Assembly: GCA_965261595.1 (NCBI GenBank)
Contig: CBDHDG010000007.1
Location: forward strand, 896,001-960,000
DNA length: 64,000 nucleotides
Direction of reading: 5' to 3'
From: a bacterium
Lineage (GTDB): Bacteria; UBA8248; JACPRG01; G963555815
A program made the translations under genes and the position numbers. Shown here in pieces: positions 1 to 10,513 of the stretch (within the stretch, counting starts at the first letter, position 1; every line of letters begins with the position of its first letter). The notes below the pieces were generated by a model that saw only the letters and a program-made list of their open reading frames with translations, searched no databases and was not told the origin of the DNA.

Positions 1-714
1 TTCGCCGTGGAGTTCGCGGGCGCCTGCGCGTTGGTCATGATGCATCTGAGCCGGATGGCCGAGGAGATGATTCTCTGGTCCGGGGCGGAGTTCGGCTACA
101 TCACGTTGCCCGAGGCCTACCTCACCGGCAGCTCCATGATGCCCCAGAAGCGAAATCCGGACGTTCTGGAGCTGGTTCGCGGAAAGACCGGCCGGGTCTA
201 TGGGTCGCTGATCAGCCTGTTGACCCTCCTCAAGGCGCAGCCCTTGACGTATAACCGGGATTTTCAGGAGGACAAAGAGCCGGTTTTCGACGCGGCCGAC
301 ACGGTCCTGGCCAGTCTGCGGGTTTTGGCCGGGCTGGTAGCGGGGATCACCATCTCCGCTGAGCAGGAGGCGCGCATGCGGGCGGCGGCCGAAGCGGATT
401 TCTCTCTGGCGACGGAATTGGCCGACTACCTCGCGATGCGGGGAGTCCCCTTCCGGCAGGGCCATGAGGCGGCGGGCCGGGTCGTCCGGTATTGTGAAGA
501 CCATGGAAAGACCCTCACCGACCTGGACATCGCCGAGCTTCAACGGTTCTCGCCGGCTTTTGAAAAGGACGCCTTGCCCTGCCTGTCGGCGGACCGGGCC
601 GTCCGCGCGAGAGACTTGCCGGGAGGGACCTCGCCGACTAATGTGAAGAGGGCGATTCGAAGGGAGAAGAAAAAGTGCGCCGATTCCTTATCGCGGTTCT
701 CATCCTCGGGCTGA
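1..714 (+). CDS. argH: argininosuccinate lyase, 5' end outside the window
   Basis: GSSMMPQKRNPD lyase signature; LATELADYL..GVPFRQGH C-terminal motif. Confidence 0.95.
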   Translation, partial: FAVEFAGACALVMMHLSRMAEEMILWSGAEFGYITLPEAYLTGSSMMPQKRNPDVLELVRGKTGRVYGSLISLLTLLKAQPLTYNRDFQEDKEPVFDAADTVLASLRVLAGLVAGITISAEQEARMRAAAEADFSLATELADYLAMRGVPFRQGHEAAGRVVRYCEDHGKTLTDLDIAELQRFSPAFEKDALPCLSADRAVRARDLPGGTSPTNVKRAIRREKKKCADSLSRFSSSG

Positions 715-916
715 GCCTTTCGGGCGGACTGGCCGGGTGCGGGAAGAAGGGTGGCCCCGAAACCCCTAAGAAACCGATCTTTCCAGCCATCCGTTGAGCC
801 CCGGGCGCTCCCTGGAGCGCCGTTCCCCCGCTCGAAACGTATCCTGTGATTCATTGGAGAATTCCGTCTTCTGGAATTCTCCTTTGTCATTGTTCGATAC
901 AGCCAAGGACGGAAGG

Positions 917-1549
917 ATGAAATCAACCAGACTGAAGATGAGCAACCTGACCGCGCTGGCTCTCGTGGCCCTTCTTTCCGCGGGATGCGTTCCGGTGGCG
1001 ATCGAGGCGGCGAAAAAGGCCTGGGAGGACCGATCGACCGAAGACCAGGTGACGGATGCCAAGATCTATGGGGGAATCCTGAGCCGTTTGGCGGATAAAG
1101 ACAAGAAGCTTCTTCTGGATGTGTCGGCCGATGTCTGGGAGGGCCGTGTGCTGCTCACGGGGACGCTCGACAGCCGCAAAACCCACAGGGAGGTGTTGAG
1201 TCTCGTCCGCCGGGACAAACGGATCCGCAAGTTCTACGATGAGGTCCGGATTGTTACAAAGGCGGAGAAAAAGCGAAGAAGAAAGCAACAGGAGAGCCGG
1301 AAGGGCAAAAACGAGGAAGGCGGCATGGTTGACGACTTCTGGATCGAAACCAAGATCAGCGCCCGGCTTTTGACGACAAAGGGGGTGACCTCGGTCAATT
1401 TCCGGTGGCGATCGGTCGAGTTCAGGGTTTTCACCATCGGTCGCGCCCGAAGCGTATGGGAGCGGGACACCGTCCTGCGCGTCATCCGTGAAACCAAAGG
1501 GGTGAAGAGCGTCAAGCACTTTATCCAGGTGAAGAGCTTGAAAAAGTAG
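917..1549 (+). CDS. dual BON-domain lipoprotein (DolP/YraP-like)
   Basis: Lipobox LSAGC; two BON-like repeats (D..I...I, GRVLLTG; DDFWIETKISARL, GVKSV). Confidence 0.8.
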   Translation: MKSTRLKMSNLTALALVALLSAGCVPVAIEAAKKAWEDRSTEDQVTDAKIYGGILSRLADKDKKLLLDVSADVWEGRVLLTGTLDSRKTHREVLSLVRRDKRIRKFYDEVRIVTKAEKKRRRKQQESRKGKNEEGGMVDDFWIETKISARLLTTKGVTSVNFRWRSVEFRVFTIGRARSVWERDTVLRVIRETKGVKSVKHFIQVKSLKK

Positions 1550-1674
1550 GATTCCGCCAAGTCGGCGGGCGACCCGGTCTTCCGCATTGAATTCATACAG
1601 TTCGTTGACGGCAAATCGGCTCCTGTGTTAGCTTGACGGGGGTTTTTGGTGCCCTTATTCGGGACGGCGTTTCG

Positions 1675-2997
1675 ATGGATATTTTCGACTACAGGGCGGG
1701 TGAATTGGCCTGTGAGGAGGTCTCCCTCCGGGAGGTGGCCGAGCGGGTGGGCACGCCCTGTTACGTCTACAGCGCCGATCACATCACCCGCAGGTTCCGG
1801 GAATTCGATGAGGCGTTCTCTGGGCTTCCGCACCTTGTCTGCTTCGCCATGAAGGCCAACAGCAACCTGGCCGTCCTGCGGCTCCTGGGCAACCTGGGAA
1901 GCGGGGTCGATGTCGTTTCGGGCGGAGAGCTCTTCCGCGCCGTCGAGGCCGGGGTTCCGGCCGGCCGGATCGTCTTCGCGGGCGTCGGGAAGACGGTGGA
2001 GGAGATCATCATGGCCATGAAACGGGAAATCCTGATGTTCAACGTCGAGTCCGCCGGGGAGCTGGACGAGATCAACCGGGTCGCCGAGAGTTACGGGCGA
2101 AAAGCCCCGGTCGCCCTTCGGGTGAATCCGGACGTCGACCCGCAGACCCACCCCTACATCTCGACGGGGATGAAGAAGAGCAAGTTCGGGATCGAAATCT
2201 CCGGGGCCATGGATGAATACCGGCGGGCCGCGGCCATGCCCTGGATTGAAATCGTGGGGATTCATTCGCACATCGGCTCCCAGATCACGACCACCGGACC
2301 CTTTGAAGACGCCGCGGCCAAGGTGGCCGGCCTGGCGGGCCGCCTGCGGGGCGAGGGCATCGACGTCCGGTACATCAACCTCGGTGGCGGGCTGGGCATC
2401 TCGTATGAGGATGAGACGCCTCCCACGCCGCGCGACCTGGCCCAATCCATTATGCCGGCAATCAAAGAAAGCGGATGCACGCTCCTGTTCGAGCCCGGGC
2501 GAAACCTGGTGGGCAACGCGGGCGCGCTCCTCAGCAGCGTGATTTACACCAAGACGACGCCGGCCAAGACGTTCTATGTTGCCGACGCCGCCATGAACGA
2601 CCTCATCCGCCCCAGCCTGTACGGGAGCCATCATGAGATTCGGCCCCTGTCCGAAGCGGTCGCTTCGAGGCCGCGGTCGGTGGCGGACGTGGTGGGGCCG
2701 ATCTGCGAGAGCGGCGACTTTCTGGCCGAGGCGCGGGATCTCCCCGCTTTCGAGCCGGGCGACCGGTTCGCCGTGATGAGCGCCGGGGCTTACGGTTTCG
2801 TGATGGCGTCCAACTACAACGCCCGGCCGAGGGTCCCCGAGGTGTTGGTTCACGGGAGCGAGTTCACCGTCATCCGCAAGCGGGAGACCTTCCAGGACCT
2901 CATCCGCGGGGAGACGATTCCGGACTTCCTCGAAGCGCCGAAACCCGCCGACGCGGGGTGGGCCGCCGAAGCGCGCGACGGAGCGGCGAGGCCATGA
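1675..2997 (+). CDS. lysA: diaminopimelate decarboxylase
   Basis: FAMKANSN PLP-lysine motif, HIGSQ, GPICESGD, GAYG..MASNYN. Confidence 0.97.
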   Translation: MDIFDYRAGELACEEVSLREVAERVGTPCYVYSADHITRRFREFDEAFSGLPHLVCFAMKANSNLAVLRLLGNLGSGVDVVSGGELFRAVEAGVPAGRIVFAGVGKTVEEIIMAMKREILMFNVESAGELDEINRVAESYGRKAPVALRVNPDVDPQTHPYISTGMKKSKFGIEISGAMDEYRRAAAMPWIEIVGIHSHIGSQITTTGPFEDAAAKVAGLAGRLRGEGIDVRYINLGGGLGISYEDETPPTPRDLAQSIMPAIKESGCTLLFEPGRNLVGNAGALLSSVIYTKTTPAKTFYVADAAMNDLIRPSLYGSHHEIRPLSEAVASRPRSVADVVGPICESGDFLAEARDLPAFEPGDRFAVMSAGAYGFVMASNYNARPRVPEVLVHGSEFTVIRKRETFQDLIRGETIPDFLEAPKPADAGWAAEARDGAARP

Positions 2998-3818
2998 ACC
3001 CCGTGCCTTTCGTCAAGATGCAGGGGAGCGGCAACGACTTCGTCCTCATCGACAACCGTCCCGGACTCCTGGACCCCGAGAATCTGGGCGATTTCGTCCG
3101 GGGGGTCTGCCGGCGATCCCGGTCGGTCGGGGCGGATGGTCTCATCCTCCTGGAAGCGAGCGACCGGGCCGATTTCCGCTGGCATTTCTTCAACGCGGAC
3201 GGAAGCCGGGCGGAGATGTGCGGGAACGGCAGCCGATGCGCCGCCCGCTGGGCCCACCGTCTCGGGATGGCCCCGGCGAGCCTGACCTTCGAGACGGACG
3301 CGGGCCTCATCGCCGCGCGGGTGAGCGGGCGGCGGGTCAGGGTCAGGATGACCGATCCTTCCCCCGTCGAGAAGGACATTCAGATCACGATGAACGGGTC
3401 CGATCTCCGCCTTCAATTCGTCAATACCGGCGTTCCGCACGCGGTGGAATTCGTCGAGGACCTGGAAGGCCGCGACGTGGCCGGGGCGGGGAGGTTTGTG
3501 CGGAACCACGGCCGCTTCCAGCCGGCGGGGACGAACGTCAACTTCGTCCGGACGGAGGATCGCCATCGCGTCGCCGTCCGGACCTACGAGCGGGGCGTCG
3601 AGGAGGAGACCCTGGCGTGCGGCACGGGCGCGGTGGCGTCGGCGCTGGTTTCGGCGGAGATGGGATACGCCGACTCTCCGGTCGGCGTTCTCACGCGTAG
3701 CGGCGAGGTCCTGGAAATCAGTTTCAAAAAGGAAGGGGAGCGGTACACGGACGTGTGCCTGGAGGGCGAGACGGCCCTGATCTACGAAGGGTCGCTGAAT
3801 GAGGAGGCCTGGGGATAA
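2994..3818 (+). CDS. dapF: diaminopimelate epimerase
   Basis: KMQGSGNDF, EMCGNG, ERGV.EETLACGTG; ATGA overlap with lysA. Confidence 0.97.
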   Translation: MNPVPFVKMQGSGNDFVLIDNRPGLLDPENLGDFVRGVCRRSRSVGADGLILLEASDRADFRWHFFNADGSRAEMCGNGSRCAARWAHRLGMAPASLTFETDAGLIAARVSGRRVRVRMTDPSPVEKDIQITMNGSDLRLQFVNTGVPHAVEFVEDLEGRDVAGAGRFVRNHGRFQPAGTNVNFVRTEDRHRVAVRTYERGVEEETLACGTGAVASALVSAEMGYADSPVGVLTRSGEVLEISFKKEGERYTDVCLEGETALIYEGSLNEEAWG

Positions 3819-3848
3819 TCCCCGGCCCCCGGAAAAAGGGGATTGGAT

Positions 3849-4724
3849 ATGTTCCATGGATCGATTGTCGCCATCGTTACGCCGTTCAAGAACGGCGACG
3901 TGGATGAAGCGGCCCTTCGCGCCTTGATCGAGTGGCACATCGACAGCGGGACGCACGGGATCGTTTCCTGCGGCACGACCGGGGAGTCCCCCACGCTGTC
4001 GCATGAGGAGCATGACCGCGTTGTGGAATTTACGCTGGAGGTTGTGGGCGGAAGGGCGCCGGTGATCGCCGGATCGGGCTCCAACTCCACGCAGGAGGCC
4101 ATCCACCGGACCCGGCATGCCAAAGAGGCGGGGGCCGACGGGGCGCTCCTGGTCACTCCCTACTACAACAAGCCCACCCAGGAAGGCATGTTCCGCCATT
4201 TCCAGGCCGTCGCCGAGGCCGTGGACATCCCCATTGTCTTGTATGATGTCCCCGGCCGGACCGCGGCCGGCATGAAGCCCGAGACCGTGGCGCGTCTGGC
4301 GGAGATCCCCAACATCGTGGCGCTCAAGGAAGCGACCGGCAATCTCCGGCAGGCGAGCGACGTGGTGGGTTTGTGCCCGGCGGAATTCGCGGTTCTTTCG
4401 GGCGATGATTTCGTCAACCTCCCCCTGTATTCGGTGGGCGGCCGCGGGGTGATCTCCGTCACCGCGAACGTGGCGCCCAAGGACATGGCCGAGCTTTGCA
4501 ACGCCGCCGAAGAGGGTGATTGGCCCCGGGCCCGGGAGCTTCATTATCGGCTCCGGCCCCTGAACTGGGCGATGTTCCTCGAGACCAACCCGATCCCGGT
4601 CAAGACGGCGCTGAGCCTGATGGGCAGGGTTTCCGAGGAATTCCGCCTGCCCCTTTGTCCGATGAGTGAGTTGAACCGCGCGGCCCTCATCCAGGCCATG
4701 AAGGATTACGGTCTGCTGAACTGA
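3849..4724 (+). CDS. dapA: 4-hydroxy-tetrahydrodipicolinate synthase
   Basis: GTTGES, PYYNKP, LYDVPGRT, LKEATG, ETNPIPVK. Confidence 0.97.
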   Translation: MFHGSIVAIVTPFKNGDVDEAALRALIEWHIDSGTHGIVSCGTTGESPTLSHEEHDRVVEFTLEVVGGRAPVIAGSGSNSTQEAIHRTRHAKEAGADGALLVTPYYNKPTQEGMFRHFQAVAEAVDIPIVLYDVPGRTAAGMKPETVARLAEIPNIVALKEATGNLRQASDVVGLCPAEFAVLSGDDFVNLPLYSVGGRGVISVTANVAPKDMAELCNAAEEGDWPRARELHYRLRPLNWAMFLETNPIPVKTALSLMGRVSEEFRLPLCPMSELNRAALIQAMKDYGLLN

Positions 4725-4848
4725 GAGCGGCGGCGAGCGTCCCGCCCGGCGGGGTCCGAGCGGGGGTCGCTCAGGAGGCGTCTCCTAGACACGCGGCGTC
4801 CTGGACGCGTAGCGTCTTGGACGTATTGACGGCGGTTCACCGGACGAA

Positions 4849-6552
4849 ATGCTGAAGAAAGGAACCGTGTTTGTGAGATACAGGCTGAAAAAATGGGCGG
4901 ACAAGTGGCTTGCGCTTGCCCTGCTCTTGATTGTGGCCGGACTCTGGATGGGGTTTCCGAACGGTCCGAATCGTTCCCGGCCGGCGGCGTTCCCCCCTCT
5001 GGCCTGGGGATCGGACGGCCCCTCCTTTCGGGTGATCGAGGAGGCCTTCAACGTCATCCGGAAAAACCACTACTCCGATCCCCGCGACCGGAAGCTCATT
5101 CTGGCGGCGCTTGATGGGATTCGCGCCAAGGTGTCCGCCGATGAAGGGAAGGACGGGCTCAGTGAAACCAAGGGGACCGAAGGCGTCAGCTGGCGAATCG
5201 GCCCCAAAGAGATCGCCATCCTCGTCCAGGACAATGTCGATGGCGATTTGAGACCCCTCTCCCGGGCATTTCATTTCGTGCGCGCCGCTTTCTATCCCAA
5301 GGAAAAAGAGGCGCGGGAGCTGGCCTATGCGGCGATCCGGGGGATGATGAAGGGTCTCGATCCTCACAGCGCCCTCATGCCGCCGGAGGCCTTCCACGAG
5401 TTGCAGGTCGAGACCCGCGGGGAATTCGGCGGCATCGGCATCGAGATCACCATCCGGGACGGCAAGCTCACCGTCGTTTCCCCGATTGATGGGACGCCCG
5501 CCTATCGGCTCGGGGTCAAGGCCGAGGATCATATCGTCAGGATTGAAGACTTCAACACTAAGGGGATCACGCTCCGGGGAGCGGTCCGGCGCATGCGGGG
5601 CCCGAAAGGGATCCCGGTGACCATCCACGTTTGGAGGGAGAACATCGAGAAATCCCTCGTGTTCACGATCATCCGGGACATCATCCGGGTCCAGAGCGTG
5701 AAGTCCAAAGTGCTCCCCGGAAAGATCGGCTACATTCGGCTCCGCAGCTTTGTCGAGTCCTCGAGCCGGGACCTCCTGAAGGCCATGCGGAAGCTCAAGA
5801 GAAAGAAGATCCGGGGCCTCGTCCTGGACCTGAGAAACAATCCGGGGGGGCTTCTGAGGCAGGCCGTCCAGGTGGCCGATATGTTCCTGCGGAAAGGCTC
5901 TCTCATTGTCTACACGCGGGGCAAGCGCTTGGAGCACAGTCTACGGTTCGTGGACCGGCGAACCGGCCCCTTCGGCCGGGTCCCGATGATCATCCTCGTC
6001 AACTCCGGAAGCGCCAGCGCGTCGGAGATCGTCACCGGAGCCCTCCAGGACCTCCACCGCGCCCTGATCATGGGTACGCGGACGTTCGGGAAAGGCTCGG
6101 TGCAGACCATCATCCCCCTGAGTGACGGGTCGGGCCTTCGGATCACTACGGCGCTTTATTACACGCCGAAGGGGCGGGAAATTCACGCGAAGGGCATTCC
6201 GCCGGACGCGGTGGTCCGCCAACCGGGAGACACTCGGAAAGGGGACGTGGTCCTGGAAAAGGAGCTGCTTCGCAGGCATAGGGAGAGAAACAAGGCCGGC
6301 CGCGGCGCTGTTGCGAAACCGAAAAAACCCGAAACGGCCCCCCAGCCCCAAGCGGCGCCGCCCAAACCGATTCGGCTGGGGTCCGAGGAGGACTATCAGT
6401 TGAAGGTCGCCCGGCGAATTCTGGACGAATCTCCCGACCGTAGGGTGGCCCAGTTGATGATTCGCGCGCGCCGCGTTTTGGCCTTGCTCGCTCAAAATCC
6501 GGCCGGGGGGGGGGGAGTCAATAATCCGAAAAAGCAGGGCGCGCGGCCATGA
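4849..6552 (+). CDS. ctpA: S41-family C-terminal processing protease (PDZ)
   Basis: LDPHS, GGIGIEI PDZ motif, DLRNNPGG, SASASEI catalytic Ser, FGKGSVQ. Confidence 0.9.
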   Translation: MLKKGTVFVRYRLKKWADKWLALALLLIVAGLWMGFPNGPNRSRPAAFPPLAWGSDGPSFRVIEEAFNVIRKNHYSDPRDRKLILAALDGIRAKVSADEGKDGLSETKGTEGVSWRIGPKEIAILVQDNVDGDLRPLSRAFHFVRAAFYPKEKEARELAYAAIRGMMKGLDPHSALMPPEAFHELQVETRGEFGGIGIEITIRDGKLTVVSPIDGTPAYRLGVKAEDHIVRIEDFNTKGITLRGAVRRMRGPKGIPVTIHVWRENIEKSLVFTIIRDIIRVQSVKSKVLPGKIGYIRLRSFVESSSRDLLKAMRKLKRKKIRGLVLDLRNNPGGLLRQAVQVADMFLRKGSLIVYTRGKRLEHSLRFVDRRTGPFGRVPMIILVNSGSASASEIVTGALQDLHRALIMGTRTFGKGSVQTIIPLSDGSGLRITTALYYTPKGREIHAKGIPPDAVVRQPGDTRKGDVVLEKELLRRHRERNKAGRGAVAKPKKPETAPQPQAAPPKPIRLGSEEDYQLKVARRILDESPDRRVAQLMIRARRVLALLAQNPAGGGGVNNPKKQGARP

Positions 6553-7355
6553 TTCGCGCGGTTGTCGCCGGGGCGGCCGGACGGATGGGGGGATGCAACA
6601 TCCGTGCGGTGCGGGAGGCCGACGACTTCGAGTTGTGCGGCGCGTTTGAAGTCGCCGGGCATGCCGCCGTGGGGAAAGACGCCGGCGCGGCCGCGGGCGT
6701 CGGGGAGATGGGAGTCCCCGTCGTCGACCGCGCGGAAGACGCGATGCGGGGCGGGGACGTCCTCATCGATTTCTCGTCGCCGGCCGCGAGCCTGGAACAT
6801 CTGAGGCAAGCGGCTTCGCTGGGCCTCGCCGCCGTGATCGGCACGACGGGGTTCGACCCGGCCCAGAAGGAGGCCGTCTCCGAGTTGGCCGGCCGGGTGC
6901 GCGCGGTCATCGCCCCCAACATGAGCGTGGGCGTGAACGTGCTGATAGCTCTCGTTCGGCAGGCCGCCGGCCTTCTGGGAGAGGATTTCGACGTGGAGTT
7001 GGTCGAAGCCCACCACCATTTCAAGAAGGACGCCCCGAGCGGAACGGCCCTGGCGCTGGCGGAGGCCGCGGCGGAGGCCCTTGGCAGAGACCTGTCCCGG
7101 GTCGGAGTCTACGGCAGGGAAGGGCAGGTGGGGGAGCGGACCCGTGAGGAGATCGGCGTCATGACCCTTCGCGCCGGCGATCTGGTGGGCGAGCACACGG
7201 TCATGTTCGGCGGTGTCGGGGAGCGGATCGAGCTCATCCATCGCGCCCACAGCCGGGACAATTTCGCCCGCGGGGCGATGCGCGCCGCCCGCTGGGTCAT
7301 GGACCGCCCGGCGGGGATTTATTCCATGGCCGACGTGCTTGGCCTGAGCGGCTGA
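6549..7355 (+). CDS. dapB: 4-hydroxy-tetrahydrodipicolinate reductase
   Basis: GAAGRMG, GTTG, EAHHHFKKDAPSGTA. Confidence 0.97.
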   Translation: MIRAVVAGAAGRMGGCNIRAVREADDFELCGAFEVAGHAAVGKDAGAAAGVGEMGVPVVDRAEDAMRGGDVLIDFSSPAASLEHLRQAASLGLAAVIGTTGFDPAQKEAVSELAGRVRAVIAPNMSVGVNVLIALVRQAAGLLGEDFDVELVEAHHHFKKDAPSGTALALAEAAAEALGRDLSRVGVYGREGQVGERTREEIGVMTLRAGDLVGEHTVMFGGVGERIELIHRAHSRDNFARGAMRAARWVMDRPAGIYSMADVLGLSG

Positions 7356-7546
7356 GCGAACGTCCCCCGCCCCTTTTTCTCCCCCCTGCTCCTTTCTCTC
7401 CGGACTGTTCCCCGAGAAAGCCTTCGGGAAGCCCCCGAAAGGCGGCGTTTGAGCCCTCCCTTCGTTCGAGACCCGCGCATCTTTTTGATCGCTGAATTCC
7501 AAACGCCCTTGGAAGGCCCGCTGGGCGGCACACGGAGGTCAAGGTC

Positions 7547-8657
7547 TTGAAAAGGGCCCTGGCGATAGTCCTGGCCTTTGTCGCGGCCTTCCTTCTGGGC
7601 GAGGGCGGGGCGCTCGGTTGTTTTTTCGGCACAAGGATTTTCCGCGTTGGCGGGCGGCAGTTCTCCGCTATCGGGCCGACCCTTGTTTCGGGTGGAAGGT
7701 GGCCCAGGGGGAATACGTTCGCTCGTTGGAGATCATCCGGATCAACCGACAGGGGTTCCGGGGGCGGACGGTTCCCGCGAGGAAGGGGCCGCGGGAGATC
7801 CGCATCTTCGTTCTGGGCGGCTCTTCCGCGTTCAACAGCAATTCCCAGGGCGGAAACACCTGGCCGCGCCTGTTGGAGAAACGGCTTCAGGGGCGGTTCG
7901 GGCCCTCGGTTCGCGTTGTCAACGCGGCGACGCCGGGATTCACCGCGCACCAGTCCGCCCTGCGGCTCAAGTGCCAGCTTCTTGGCCTGTCGCCCGACTT
8001 GGTGGTGGTCTATCATCTTTGGAACGACGTCAAAAACTTCGGAAAGTCGGACATTCCTCGCCTCATCCGGGACTTGAAGGCCCACGGGCGGTTCAACGAG
8101 CGGTCCACGTTGAACGTCCTGACGGGTCGAATCCCGGTCTTGACGAGCTGACCCGGTGGTCTCAGCTTGCCGCCCGGCTGCGCTTCGCCCTCATCAAGGG
8201 GGTGCGTCACATCAATAAGGTGGGGGGGGAGGGACGGAAACGGGACGCCCTGGATGAGCGGGTTCACACGAACGGCGTCGGGTTTTATCGGCGGAACCTC
8301 CTGGCCATCCGATCCCTCCTGGCCGCGCGGAATCTTCCTCTCCTCATCGTAAAGCAGGCGACGCTCATTCGTCCGGACAACTCCCCGAGGGAGCGAAAAC
8401 GGATCGCCTACGAATACACCGGGTTCAATCACGCGATGCTTGTGGAGGCCATCCGCGCGGGATGGGCGGTCAACGACGAGGTCTGCCGTCTGGACGGCGT
8501 TCACTGCGTCGCCGCGAACGAGCGCGTGCCCTCCACGCTGGATACCCTCCGCGACCACGTCCACCTGACCGAGCGGGGCCGCCGCGCCCTGGCGGCCGTG
8601 GTTTACGAAGCGGTCGCCGGGTGGGTGGAAAGGATCAGGGCGCCCAAGGGGTCGTGA
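7547..8657 (+). pseudogene. SGNH/GDSL hydrolase-like membrane-anchored protein split by two frameshifts (about 7615 and 8125)
   Basis: Three consecutive frames give an N-terminal TM segment, INRQGFRG..IFVLGGSSAF..VVNAATPG..WND, and a C-terminal DHVHL. Confidence 0.7.
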
Positions 8658-8943
8658 CGGCCCGTGGTCCTGTTGGGGCCGTTTCGGGTTTCCGGCGATG
8701 GAGGATGTAGATTTTCACTCTTTCGATTGCTTCCATGTTTTCCAAGAGATGTATTTAAAGAGTTAAAGTTTTACTTGATTGTTCCCGCCAAATGCGCCAA
8801 AGTGGACGAAGGTCGATGGTTGGAGCCATCGTAATTCGAGGGCGCAGGGGATTTTGGAAGTTTTGAATCACATTCGGAATTTGAAGCGGTTGATCGAGCC
8901 GTTCCGGGGATGGGCCCGAAGGGGGCGTCTCCGATTTTGCCGA

Positions 8944-9621
8944 ATGTCGATCGTCCCGGCCGGACTGATCTTCGCCTTGCTCGGGTTCGGCGCCGCCCAT
9001 GCCGGAGAAATCAACATCGTCGCCTTCGGCGGGATTTATGACGCCTTCGGCGCGGACGCCAGCCTCTCGGACACCCCGTCTTCACGCGAGCCGGATGACG
9101 TGGTATTCAAGACGGGGAGGATTTACGCGGTGCGTTTCGAGGGCTTCAGCACCAGCACCCATTCAGATTTCTTCGGTTTTGGAATCGGGCTTTCGTATAT
9201 CCAGCGGGAATTCACTTTGCGCACCAAGGAATCCACCTTCCGAAGGACGGATGTCGAATCCGACATCCTTGAAATCAGCATGAGCGCCATGTTCCGCCGC
9301 CCGAGCGGCTGGATCCGGCCCTACGGGGGAACGGGGCTGTCGGTGTTGCTCGTCGATGAATCGTTGAAGGACAGGCGAGAGGAAACCACCGGGACGGTCA
9401 CCCAAAACTCGTCGATTTCATCCAACGACGTCGGTTGGCATTTTTTCAGCGGGGTGAAGGTCTTCCAGCCTGAAAGCCTTTTCCCGAATATGCCGGGCCG
9501 GTTCTTCCTGGTGGGTGAATATCGTTACCTCTGGGCGAATGTCGTTGCGGAGGGAAAGTCGGGGTTCAGAAGTCTGAAAGACCAAATCAACGGACAGTTT
9601 TTTCCGTATTTATATACTTGA
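8944..9621 (+). CDS. outer-membrane beta-barrel protein, C-terminus probably truncated by the repeat cassette
   Basis: Signal peptide (AAHA-G), RPYGGTGLS and GEYRYLW beta-strand motifs; the last codons run into the inverted repeat at 9604 and there is no terminal Phe. Confidence 0.6.
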   Translation: MSIVPAGLIFALLGFGAAHAGEINIVAFGGIYDAFGADASLSDTPSSREPDDVVFKTGRIYAVRFEGFSTSTHSDFFGFGIGLSYIQREFTLRTKESTFRRTDVESDILEISMSAMFRRPSGWIRPYGGTGLSVLLVDESLKDRREETTGTVTQNSSISSNDVGWHFFSGVKVFQPESLFPNMPGRFFLVGEYRYLWANVVAEGKSGFRSLKDQINGQFFPYLYT

Positions 9622-10513
9622 CACAGACGACCACAACATGTAGGTCGCGCCCGCGTCTCGGCTGACCACAAGATGTAGGGGCATGCTTCCATCGATCCGT
9701 TTCCAGAAGATGCGCTCTATCAGATCGTTCGGTTTCATTGATCGATAAAATCCACGCGCTGAATATCGCCCTTTTCATTGAAGTGTAAAAACAACTTTTT
9801 GTTTATATGCAATGTGTTGTTGGTTTTTCCTTTTCTTCCGTACTTAAACTCAAATTCAAGACCGCCCTCAAAAACGCCGCTTCTCTTCTGCTCTATAGGA
9901 TATGTAGTGATCGTCAAACCACCCCATCCCTCCTGCAGGGATGGTATAGCTATTCTTGGCATATGGCTCTTTTGTCGGGTACAACTTATCAAATGTTGAG
10001 ACGACATTTACAACCTCAAATGTCACCGGGAAAAGAGCTTTGTTGTTAAACGTAGCACCAATCCGCAGTGATTTTACTACACCAGCTTTGTCGATTATTC
10101 TGTCAGTTCTCACACTATGAAAGTTAAGCATATCCGCAACTCTATTACGATACCGCCATTCGCTGAATCGCAACAATCCCATAGAGGAAACTGAAAACAG
10201 AATGACCGCTCCAACATATAGGTTGAACAACTGGATATGTTGCGCAAAACCGATCGTGACGCCAGCCGCCGTGACCGCAATGGGCCATATCCAGCTCCGC
10301 AGTAATTCACCCGCCAAAAAGAGGGCGACTTTGCGAAGCCAATTGAGCATGATTCAGTCATTGTATGATCCCTCTTCGGTTGAGTCAAGCGCATAATTGC
10401 GAATCCAACTCCACCATGACTTGAGTTGAAGCATGCCCCTACATCTTGTGGTCAGCCGAGACGCGGGGACGATCTACATGTTGTGGTCGTCTGCGTCAAG
10501 TACATAATTCCGA
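9604..10513. mobile_element. non-autonomous cassette bounded by 86-bp inverted repeats (9604-9689, 10428-10513)
   Basis: The two arms are reverse complements with 8 mismatches in 86 bp (manual alignment); AT-rich interior; no transposase. Confidence 0.7.
9735..10350 (-). pseudogene. AT-rich hypothetical protein with two N-terminal TM segments, frameshifted near 9900
   Basis: ORFs 9868-10350 and 9735-10007 overlap and join into about 205 aa. Confidence 0.55.
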
